This document shows positions 12,001 to 22,368 of a DNA stretch of 64,000 nucleotides, one piece after another. Each line of letters begins with the position of its first letter. The stretch's first letter is position 1. The notes under the pieces are model-generated. The model ran no database searches and had not been told where the DNA came from. It saw nothing but the letters and a program-made list of their open reading frames with translations. The DNA is from Lama guanicoe (Eukaryota), in contig MU053933.1 of the NCBI GenBank assembly GCA_013239625.1, positions 1,883,026 to 1,947,025 of the forward strand. The letters run 5' to 3'. A program made the translations under genes and the position numbers.

Positions 12001-15000
12001 GAGACATTTTTCCAAAGAGGACACACAGATGCTCAACATCACTGGTCATCAGGGAAACGCAATCGACACCACAGTGAGTTAGCACATCACCCCTGCCAGG
12101 ATGGATACTATCAAAAAACAACAAATGACAAGTGTTGACATGGATGTGGAGAAGAGGGGCCCTCATGCACTATTGTTGGGGATATAAACTGGTGCAGCCA
12201 CTGTGGAAAACAGTATGGAGGTTCCTCAGAAAATTTGAAAAAAATAAGCTACCATACAATCCGGCAACTCCACTTCTGGGTATTTTTCTGAAGAAAACAA
12301 AAACACCAACTCAGAGAGATACCTGCACCCCCATGTTCATGCCAGCATTATTTACAGTAGCTGGGACATGGGAGCACCCTAAGTATTCACCGATGAAGGA
12401 ATGAAGAAAGAGGATGTGGTGTGCACGCACACTGGAGTATTACTCAGCCATAAAGAAGAAGGGCGTCTTGTCATTTGCAACAACATGGATGGATGTAGAG
12501 GGCATTATGCTCAGTGAAGTAAGTCAGGCAGAGAAAGGCAAATACTATATGATCTCACTTATATGCGGAATCTAATAAATCAAAATAAAAACCAAGATAC
12601 AGAGAAGAGATTGCTGGTTACCTGAGGTGTGGAGCAGGGACTGAGAGAGAACGGGTGAACTATCTTTTTTGTAATTTTTTTGTCTTTTAGTTTAAATAAA
12701 CTGAATAATTTTAAAAAAAGGGAGGTATACAAAAGCAGTAGGATGAAAGGCCAAGAAAAGCAGTCGCTTCAGAGGATTATGATGTGGAACACCAGACACG
12801 CCAGCTCCTCAATAACAGCGTGCCCGTTGCCGTCCTGGAGCTCCCCTCCCCCCGACCGGCTGCAGGCTTTGGTGGGGAGAGGTGACAGGCCGGCGAGCGC
12901 ACGGAGTCGGGGCTGGGCGAGCGACGGTTCTGTATTCTGCGTGTTCGTTTGTTCTGTGGGGGAAACAAGTTTGAGACCTGGTTTCTGCCATTAAGGAAGT
13001 TAATAGCATGGTCCACACTGCATCCTTAAATTGATTGGTTTTCAGTGTCATGTGGGTTGAGAGTTTGACAGTTCATTTAATTTTGTAATAGTCATTGGTT
13101 AGTGTCATCTGCACATTAGCGAGTAAAAGCACTTTGTCACAACCTCCTGCACACTAAAGTCACACCTGGCGTCGCGGCCACCTGTGTGCGAGGACAGCGA
13201 GGCGGGGTCTGTGCTGCTGGTGGTGCTTCTGCTCCAGGGCTGCTGAGACGCTCTGTGTCCGGGGCTTTCTCCTTCGTGCAGGTGTGGACTGGGCTCTTCC
13301 TGGGGGAGAAGTGGTGAAGACGTTAGATGTCTAGGAAGTTGGCAGCTGCTGTAGACTTGGAGGGATGGAGGTGGTGGTGGTGGCTCTGCCGTGTGGTGAG
13401 TGGTCTGAATGTGTGTCCCTCTTTGTCCTCAGGTGTCCATCGATTGCCCGTGGTCCATCTACTCCACCGTCATCGCACTGACGTTCAGCATGCCCTTCCG
13501 GACCACGCACTCCCTGCTGTCGGCTGGTACACGGTAAGGACCCCAGGCCCGGCTCCTTTCCTGGGCTCTCCTGCATGGAGGCCCTCTTGTTCAGAGCTTG
13601 GCCTTGGTGACATTAAGCATATTTTCTTACAGCTGTGATGCCAGGGCCCATCTGTTAAAATTCACAGTAATTCCCTGGGTCCTACAATGCCCAGTTGATA
13701 CGCGGGTCCCCCCAGCTGTCTCAAAAATGATCGAGCAGAGTTGATTTGTAGGACATGGGATTCCAGCAAAGCCCCCTTTGCTTCTGAGATCCGTCTTTAT
13801 CCCTCCTCCCCATTTCTCAAGCCACTGGCACATTGACAGGCTTGGGCCAGTAGTCCTCCAGAAGGTCTGCCTTTCTGGGTTTGACTGGCCGTGTCCTCAT
13901 GGGTTTGTTTAGCTGGTTCCCCGTCAGCTGCTGTCTGTCCCCGCTGGAGTGCGGGCAGGTAGCCCTGAGCTGTGGGTGTTTGGCAGCACCCCTGGCTCCC
14001 CCACTTTGTGCCAGTGGCACGCCCACCCACCCCCACCCCGGTCTCCAGATGCTGCTCCCTGTGATAACCACTGCTGTAGTGCTTGACTCGGCTCAGAGTC
14101 AGTTTTTGGGCAAGAGAGTCTGCAGGTGTGTCGTTTGCTCCATCGGCCCCCCATCGGGGGGCACTGTCCAGGGCCCCACCGCGAGTGCTGCGCGCCCGTG
14201 GACCCTGGGCTCTCGCTGTCACAGTCCCCTCTGGCTCTCAGCCGTGACGACGTTCAGGTAACTCGGAAGCAAAGCTGCAGGGTGTGTGCAGAGAGGAGCG
14301 TTGCAGCGGCGGCGTGCCTTCCCTGCACATCAGAGCCAGGGGCCTGTCGGGTCAGTGGCCAGACACGCCGGCAGCCCCGCAGGCTCTGAGCTGCTTTGCT
14401 TGAGCCTTGCTTTTCAAAGCCCCTCTTTACATGTGATGGAAATTACGGTGAGCCCTGGGTTCTCAGTGAGTTGTCATCGCTTCTGAGGATGGAGAGTGTT
14501 CATTGCTCTTTCCCACGACATGTTGTGATCTGTTGTATGTTTAGGAAAGTCAGTTATAATCGTGCAACAATGTATCCAAAATAGAACATTCTTTGATCTT
14601 TTTTTCCCGAGAGATAGCTTGCTTAGGAAGATGTGTTTCTCTCTCACGGTTTTACATGTGAAATTGAAAGTAGAAATATATGTAACAACTCATTCTTAGT
14701 TTACTGTGTCACTCTTTTTATTTCCTGGAGTGTGTCTTAACACAGCCAAAATATATTTGATAAAGGTCTCAAGTGTCAAAATCTTACTTTTTGTGTTTCT
14801 CTTTTAGGAAGTATGTTCAAGTGTGTGTCCAGAACTTGTCCGAACTTGACTTCCAGCTGTCAGATAGTAATCTCGTGGCTGCCGGGGACAGCAGTGACCT
14901 GCGACTCGTACCGCTGCACACGGACTCCCAGCAGGTACCCGTTCCCTGGAGTCGAGCATGAACTTCTGGACAGAAAACAGTGGAACAAGTATGGTGATGG

Positions 15001-18000
15001 CCTGCCTGTCACGTCTTGATGAAAATGACAGTCTGTTTTTAGCTTAAGCCTTTCCGCACAGAGCACGACCGTGCTGGTGGTTGGCGGAGCGCACGCAGGG
15101 AGGAGGATGGCCCCGAGGCACGGCTCTGTGGCCTCAACGTCATGGTCGCGCTTCACTTTGGGCCGAGTGGCACAACGGACGGGTTAGGAGACAGGTTGAT
15201 ATTTGTATTTTCAGAAAGGTTAAATCTTACATGTGTCTGCCTCCATGCGCAGATGGACAGCACTCCAGGCTTGTTCTTGAGTCTTGTGCTGACCGCATGG
15301 ACTCCATCAGCCCGGAAGCAGTGCCTCCGATTAAATGTCTGCCTGTGCCCAGTGATGGCTCTCGGGGGCAGGGTGGAGCTGTGAAAAGGAGCCACGCTCA
15401 TGTCTGCGCGGCCTGGCTGAGCCCCGGCCCCACTTTTTCTGTCCACTTTCCGCGTGTGTTTTTAGACAGTGAATGCTGAGTGTTTAGAAGATCAGACTTT
15501 TCTTAATGGATGTCTGATCTTTAGTATTTTCAAAGGATTTTTCCCAACTAGCATTTGCTCCATTTCAAGCGCTCCCCACGTCTGTCGCTGCATGTGTAGG
15601 CGTGGACTTCATGCCTGAGGGGTGCTGGTTCCTCTCCTCCTTTCATCTAGTGGTAGAAACAGAGCAGCTGGTGTGGGTGTAACAGTGGCCCTTTCACCCG
15701 CTCGCTGACACGTCCCATGTTGGAAACGTACGGGCTGCTGCGTTCTAGTAAAGTCTTCCCCTGTGCTGTCAGGCTTATGAGCCATGACAAATCAAAGGCT
15801 TTTAACCAGCTGGGGGCAAGTCCCCGCAGGGAGGCTGGGTGCAGGCTGTGCGGGGCGCCTGGGGGCTGCGCGTCGGCCCGCCTCTGCGTGTGCGGTGACG
15901 GCCGCTCTCTTGCAGCACGTCCGCAGCGAGCAGGCCGTCTTCTTCGTCTGGGAGCTGAAGTGGACCCGGGAGCCTCCCCCGCCCCTGCACGGCCAGTTCT
16001 CCGTTGGATTCTCGCCGGCATCCGAGCAGCGGCTGCCTGTCTCCCTAAAGCCCTATACGTATGAATTCCAAGTGGACAGTTTTTTTGTACGTGTTGCCTT
16101 CTCTCTGGTGGGGTTGTGGGCGGGGGATGGACGGTGGCATCGTATTCTGTATCTTCTGAAGATCAGATGGACGGGCTCTTTCAGTACAATGAAGCCGCAG
16201 ACCCCGGGAAACGGCCTGTGCTCGGAGGGGCTGAAGCATCGCCCGCAGTGTTTGGAGCCCCAGGTCCTCGCCAGGTGGCGGGCCTGAGACCCGCCCTCCT
16301 GCGCGCTCTCCACTGAGTGTGCTGGCCTGCAGCCGGGACCTCCACCTCTTCCCGTCTCCCCTTCCCCCCCTCCCCCGACAGCGACTCCTTCCTCCTCGAC
16401 CCTCAGCTGCTGCTCTATGAAGGCATGTCTCTAGTTTCTTAGGAGGAAAACTGAGAGTATTATAGAAATTTACGTAGTTGATGGGGCAAAGATTTTCTTT
16501 AATCTGCACGTTAAGTGCGGAGCTGAAAGTGGCCTGGAGCTGGGTGAGCAAAGAGGGATGCGGTTTGTTCCTTGGTGAGCTGATTGGGTTTCGTGTGAGG
16601 TGAGTCAGAATGTGGACACACTGTTTTGTGGCTTTTCCTTTTCTTCCTTTTACAGCTGAGATTGTCACACAGCACTTTATTTGAGAAGGTGTTTGTGTGC
16701 GTAGCTCTTGTTATTAGCAGTTTTTTCAGTCCCTCCTCCAACCCAGAGTATGTTTGCTTGGACCCTCCTGAGTTTCTGAGCTTTCTCATTAGCCTTAGAG
16801 TTAAGCATAATCCCTGGTGTAGCTCATCTTTTTGTTGTACAAACAGGGGCCTTTTCTATGTGTTAACAGCTGCCGAACAGTAAATGATTCATACGGTGAG
16901 GAGTCTGCATACTGTTAACGTGGTTTGCTCGCTGCGGATGGTTAATAACGAGGTAGCCGTGTCCACTGTTGCTTTTCCGTCTTTCTTGTTTCTTTTCAGA
17001 CTCTGCGTGTAGGGAAGGGCTTCCTTCAGAGCGGAGCGAGCTGGGTGGACGGCCAGCGCGAGCACCTGGGGGGTCACTCTCTTCCACACTGGTCCTCCGA
17101 GGACCGGAGATACAGATGCCACTTTTTTAAAAAAAAAAGCTTTATGGAGATGTAATTTGCACACCGTGAAGCTCACCCGTGTGGCACATTCAGCGCATGT
17201 TGTGTGTGACAGGCTTTTGTCACCACGGCCAGGACCGGATGTCAGAGTGCCTCCGCCATCCCAGGGCCTTCCCACGCCTGCTCCCCCCTTTTAGCCCGGG
17301 CCCGCCCAGAGGCAGGTGTGCCTCTGCCACCTGCTCGGGGGCAGGCGTGTTCCGTGTGGTCTTTCAAGACTGGCTGCTTCCCCGCGTCACGGTGTTGCCC
17401 AGGGTCGCCCATTTTGCATTGTGTGGCGTGGCCCCTCCTCGTGGGGGGTGGAATAGCGCCCCGTGGTGCGGTGGACCACACGGCTGCTCAGTCCTCTGCG
17501 CTGCACGTCCGGGCTGTACCCACCCCGGGGCTGCTAGGCATGGCGATGCTGTCTGGGGGGGTCCTTGGGTGAGTTCTGTGCACCCAGATGTGCTCGGTTC
17601 TGTGTTGCCGGAACACATGTGGTAAGTTTGTGAGAAGCTGCTGAACTGTTCTTAAGGAAACATCACTTTACATTCTCTCGGCAACATGTGCGGGCTCTGG
17701 GTTCCAGGTTCCCGCCGACGCTCGCTCTCGCTGGCTGTCTGGCCGCAGCCCCCACCCTGGGAGGGAGGCCGTCTCTCACCGCCGTGACGTCGGGTGGCGG
17801 TGAGCATCTTCCTTGTGCTTTTTGGCCATTTGTGCGTCTTCTTTGGAGAGACGTCTTTCATCTCCTTTTCCCACCTTTAGTACGGCTGTCTTCTTGTTGA
17901 GTTGTCAGTGCTCTTCGTGTGTTCAGTCTCTGATCATACATAGGATCTGCAGATACTTCCTCCCACTTCGTGTTTGTACTTTCACTTTCTTGATGGTGTC

Positions 18001-21000
18001 CTTTGAAGCACAAAAGGTTTTACTTTCGCTGGAGCCCAGCTTACCAGGCTCTTATTTCCTGTACTCTCGGTGTAGGATCTGAGCAACCATTGCTTATTAT
18101 CCCAAGTTCAAAAAGGTCTCTTGTGTTTTCTTCTAAGAGTTTTATAGTTTGAGCTCTTAGGTTGAGGTCTGCAATCTACTGAGAGTTAACTTCTCTGTGT
18201 GGTAAGAGGAGGTTCCAAGTTCATTCTGTCTGCGTGGCCGTTCAGGTGCCCCCGTCCCATTTGTTGGCAGGACTCTTCCCTCCCCTCAGGTGGCCTTGGC
18301 ACCCTTGTTGAAGATCTGGTGGCTGTCAGTGTTGGGGTTGATTTCCGAGGAGGCTTATTTCTGGGCGTGGTGCCTGCAGCCTCCGAAGGTCCAGGGCTTC
18401 CCTGCGGCCGCCCCTCAGCCCGTGAGTGTCCAGGGGCGGCAGTCAGGATGCTTAGGAGCACAGTCGCCCATCGCTCCGTAGCTCAGTGCTGCCTTCCTGG
18501 CCCTGAGCATGACTCACACGTCCTTGGCCTCTCAGACCTTCCGGACTGCGCAGCCCGGCCGTGAGCTGCCAGGGCAGGAGCTCCTCCGTCAGCCCCTTCG
18601 CTGTTGCTGCTCTCTCCGCCTGGCGTTCCTTCACCTTCTTCCCCTGGGACGGGGTCTGTCCGCTCCCATCCGGGGGTCACATCCCTCTGCCCCACACACG
18701 CGGCGTCTTTGTGTCCTTGTGGCCACGCGGCCCCTCGGGTCGGCACCTCTGTCCCCGCCCCACCCCGGCGCCGGTGCTTGATGGGAGAGTCGCTGGGCAA
18801 GGCCCCTCTGGGACAGTGTTTGGCCTTGTTAGCTCCCAGAGAAGTGTTCTGTCTCGGTAGCAGGCTTTTTAAAATTCCGAAATCTTTTCCTTGGACACGT
18901 CGCTGTACCAGCAGAACGCTTTGCAGTTGGGTTGTGCTGTGATCACTACCTACGGCTGCTGTGACTTCGGTACCTTCACGCTTGTCAAGTGGAGCACAGG
19001 TTGCCAGGGGGTGGGCTGCGGTTCCACACCGACCACAAGACGTGCAGATGGAGAGGTCTACTGCACACAGGCCCTGGAGGAGGGACGCGGCCTGCGCCGG
19101 GGCCACGCAGGAAGGGCAAGGCCGCACGCAGACAGGGAGGCAGGGCCTGGGCCACGTGCCTTTGAGTGGGTCTGTGGAGCGTCAGGGGTTCCTATGCCTG
19201 GATCAGTCAGTTCGCACCACAGAGCGGGTTTCATTCAGCCCCACGGGAGTCTCATCTGAGGGGCACGTAGGCGGAAGGCCCTGGGAGGCCGGGAGACGGT
19301 TAATCACAAGGGATGTGGGAGAAGTTGTATCAAGGACTTCCATCTGCTTGTGACTGCGGGCTGCTGTCTGGGACGAGCACTGGTGTGAGGGGCCAGTGTC
19401 AGTTTAAGGTCCCTGCAGGCCGCTCAGTCAAACAGAACGGCTGGTGAGGCAGCGATACCCCAGAGAAGCTGAGCTGCGCCCTGGACAGTGTCCTGAAAGG
19501 AGGCGTGCTGACCCTCAGAAGTCGGGCTGCCAGCGGGGCTGTCTGTCTCCCCGTGCAGACCTTGGGTCTTTTCTGGTCCTGGATGGGGTGCGGGTGAACA
19601 GGTGTGAATACCAGGTCAGCAGGTCAGAGGCAGAGACACTGCGGAGGCGGCTGGTTGTGGACTTGGTACTGGATAAGCCCAGGGAATTGGTGTTCATGTT
19701 GTGGTGCTGATGCCGTGCTCTGGTGAGAACGTGTCCGTGGTTTAGTAGCGCGTTCTGCAGCCGTGGGGTGAGCTGGCAGGCAGGCTGGCCTCTGCCCTGA
19801 AATAGCCCAGGTGCTTGGACAGGGAGGACCCGCAGCGGGGGAGGGGCCCGGCGGGTGGTGGTGACCCTGAGTCTGCAGCAGGCTCGCGGGGCTGGCGGGG
19901 CCTGGACGGGTCCCGCGGGGGGAGACTGAAGGCTCTCGAGGCAGGGCTTCCCAGAACGTGGTCTGTGCGGGGGGCTGGTCCGGGGGCGCAGCTGATACGT
20001 GGCCCACGTGGAGCAGCGGCTCTCGCTCCGGTCTGCAGGCAGGACCCTGCGGCCTCGCGTGGCGTTTCTTCAGAGTGTCTGCGTGTCTGCTCTGTACCTG
20101 CCCTCCTTTCTTTCAGACGCTGTACAGTGTGACAGCTGAGATCTCGCCCCCACCGGGGGCTGAGCTCTGTAAGACGGGCGCCCTCTGCTCCTTGGAGGTG
20201 ACCATCACACGGCTCGCCGACCTCTTGGAGGTGGACAAGGATGAGGCGCTGACAGAATCTGAGGAGTATTTTTCGACAAAGCTTATGTACGAAGGTAGGT
20301 CTGGAAGTGGCTCTCCCCTTGTGGTGAGACATTCTAGAATTAAAAGAGCGTTTGAATGCTGCGTGCTACATCATGGCCCTGGGCTCGCAGGAAGTTGAGC
20401 CTAGTCCCCGTGGAGCCACCTAGCAGGAGTTCCTGCCGTCGAGGGGCTTGGGGCTGAGCCCGTCCTCTGCCCGTGAGGTGGGGTCTGCGTGTCCTCCGTG
20501 AGCAGAGTCCAGGCTCCATCGCTCAGCCATCCGGGCATCCTGTGGTCAGGCTCTTGCCCTTTTCCCTCCAGCCTCCTGCCACCCCCCTTTTCGGCTCGTC
20601 CTCCCTCCCTGGTCTGCTGGATCCCCCTCTGCAGCCCCCTTCTCGGGGGCCTTCGCTGCTTCAGCAGAAGTTGTCAGGTTTTTCGTGTGCCAGAAATAAA
20701 TATGGAGGCAGATATTTGTGTACTTATTTTAAAAAAAAAAGGAAACCTGCTACATGATGTTACTCTGGAAAAAACTGTTTTCCAAAACACAAAACCATAG
20801 CAAGAAGAATGACGTGGTTCTACATCTTCTCACGTCTCTGCCGTGTGTGGCTGGGGGAAGGCGCCTGCGTCCCCGCCTGGTGCATCCAGGCTGCGGTAAC
20901 AGCCCGAGCCGGGGGAAGGCATGGAGGGAGTCCAGTCCTGCACAGATACGTGGTTGGGAAAGGAGGATGCACCTAACAACCTTCAGATAACTGGATGGTT

Positions 21001-22368
21001 TTCTCTGACACCCCTCGACACCTGACAGGTGGTGGCTTTTTACAGGCTAGTTACCACATGGAATCTTGAATCACATGTGTGAGCTCAGCTCCATGAAATA
21101 CTTTGATCTGTCTTGCACTTTGAGGGGCTCTTTTACTCTGGCACCGCCTCATGACACCATGCTTCGGTCACTAGGGAAAGTGGTTCCTGAGTTACGCAGA
21201 CCTGCCCGATGCAACAGCCTTTAGTGCCCTGGCTCACCCTGAACCCACCGAGATCATTAGTGTTGAAGACACTGCCGCGCGTGAGACTCTCTGAGGCACT
21301 GGAGGAGGCACTGAGTGCTTGCCAGATGTCTTTTCTTTCCATCCTGCCGGGGCTCCCGCGAGGGCAGAGTTGGGAGGCCGACCCATGGGTTGGTGCCGGC
21401 CGAGCCACACCCTGCTCCATCCGCATCCCTGATGGGACAGCCTGAGCGGCCACGCCCTTGGTTCTTTACACACAGAGCTTTCAAAACAGAACTAAGTTAC
21501 CGTTCACTTACTAACCTGGGAAGACAGTGGTCTTCCTCATGCTCCTAGCATACATCTTAGTTGTTGGACCAGGTGTGTTTCATTTTAAGGCGCAGTTACA
21601 AGGCGTTGAGGCCTCGGTCTGTGCGCCAGTGTTCGGGACTGTCGGTGCCTCTGCTCTGGTGTGAGCGCTGAAGGCCCTTCCTGGTGACAGCCGTGCTCTC
21701 TCTGTTTTAGTCGTGGACAACAGCAGCAACTGGGCCGTGTGCGGGAAGAGCTCCGGCGTCGTCTCCATGCCCGTGTGTGCTCGGGCCACTCACAGAGTCC
21801 ACATGGAGGTGATGCCCCTCTTCGCGGGCTACCTCCCCCTCCCCGATGTCAGGCTGTTCAAGTACCTCCCCCATCACTCTGCGCACTCCTCACAGCTGGA
21901 TGCCGGTAAGGGCGTGGTCCGTCCCAAGGTGGGATAAGGTGGCCCCGTGGGATCTGACAGCAGACACCTAGTCAGGGGCTCGCCACCTACTGGGAGAGCG
22001 AGTCCCCAAGGCCCCGGCCCGAGATTCCCTTCACACCCCTGTGCCCTGAAGCTTGCTGTTCCGGGAAGGGGAGTCAGGAGCGGGTTGAGGTCAGCATGGC
22101 CTCTGCCTCACCCCCTGTGCATTTTGCAGACAGCTGGATAGAAAACGACGGCCTGTCAGTGGACAAGCACGTGGACGAGCAGCTGGACAGCAGCAGCATC
22201 AGGAGCAGGGGCAGTGGGCACTCAGCCGCCAGCAGTGAGCACAAGGGCTTGCCCATGCCCCGGCTGCAGGCGCTGCCCCCCGGCCAGGTCTTCAACTGCA
22301 GCGCGGGCACGCAGGTCCTGGTCGTCCCCAGCAAGGATGACCATGTTCTGGAAGTCAGTGTCACATGA
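83..22368 (+). CDS. TRAPPC10: Trafficking protein particle complex subunit 10 (TRAPPII, Trs130 homolog), 5'-partial: last 13 coding exons, 800 aa
   Basis: Exons with canonical boundaries: 83-174, 2230-2370, 2643-2755, 5200-5714, 6461-6602, 8188-8346, 9090-9319, 13433-13533, 14808-14934, 15916-16086, 20117-20294, 21711-21905, 22130-22368 (TGA). They total 2403 nt and stay in frame. Peptides [61 protein letters not shown]...[22 protein letters not shown] and the C-terminus [10 protein letters not shown] match recalled TRAPPC10. Confidence 0.97.
2371..2642 (+). other. U12-type (minor spliceosome) GT-AG intron in TRAPPC10
   Basis: 5' splice site GTATCCTTT at 2371. Branch-site-like CCCCTTGAC at 2623-2631, close to the AG at 2641-2642. 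No real polypyrimidine tract. Confidence 0.88.
3242..3675 (-). mobile_element. L1M (L1MB-like) 3' end fragment, antisense
   Basis: 'acagctttattgag...ccatcaccacagtcggttttagaacatttttatcaccccgaaagaaacccc...tctactttctgtctctgtagat...gtggaatcatacagt' matches the typical L1MB 3'UTR reverse complement. Confidence 0.8.
3905..4247. mobile_element. MaLR LTR (MLT1A/B-like)
   Basis: 'ctcacagttctggaggctgg...tctgaggtcagggtgccagcagggctgg..cctggtgaggcctctcttcctgg' and 'gaggccccacctccaaac...ttcagtccatagca' are diagnostic MLT1 motifs. Confidence 0.8.
7690..7855 (-). mobile_element. Short 5'-truncated young L1 3' end, antisense, with a (TG)n(TA)n(TG)n microsatellite in the tail region
   Basis: Poly-T and microsatellite at 7690-7744, then 'acaatgttgtgtcagtttctggtgtacagcataat...catatattcgttttcatattct'. 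Possible target-site duplication TGATTCTYTC at 7672-7681 and 7856-7865. Confidence 0.7.
9900..12720 (+). mobile_element. Degenerate, internally deleted L1 (LINE-1), sense to TRAPPC10
   Basis: ORF1-like start 'agaagaatggatgaaaacagtgagaacttcaacaaagagata'. ORF2 pieces include EIESVIK, the RT motif FADDMILY (~11558-11581) and the C-terminal [18 protein letters not shown] and TCTPMF. It ends in a 3'UTR and A-rich tail. Many stops and frameshifts. Confidence 0.9.
10351..10460 (+). mobile_element. tRNA-derived SINE (camelid Vic-1-like) nested in the L1
   Basis: GGGCAGGGTGCAGCTCAGTGGTAGGGCGC (A box) ... GGTCCTGGGCTCAACCCTAGTACCTCCATTAAA (B box), then a tail resembling the recalled camelid SINE consensus. 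Confidence 0.8.
17123..18370 (-). mobile_element. L1M (L1MB-like) 3'UTR plus ORF2 end, antisense, GC-shifted
   Basis: 'gctttatggagatgtaatttgcacaccgtgaagctcaccc', 'gagcatcttccttgtgctttttggccatttgtgcgtcttctttggagag', 'ttcactttcttgatggtgtcctttgaagcacaaaagg', 'ttttcttctaagagttttatagttt'. Confidence 0.85.
20750..21210. mobile_element. hAT-Charlie DNA transposon fragment (Charlie1-like)
   Basis: 'ttttccaaaacacaaaac...cacagatacgtggttgggaaagg...tcttgcactttgaggggctcttttac...ggttcctgagttacgcagacc' resembles the recalled Charlie1 consensus. Confidence 0.65.
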
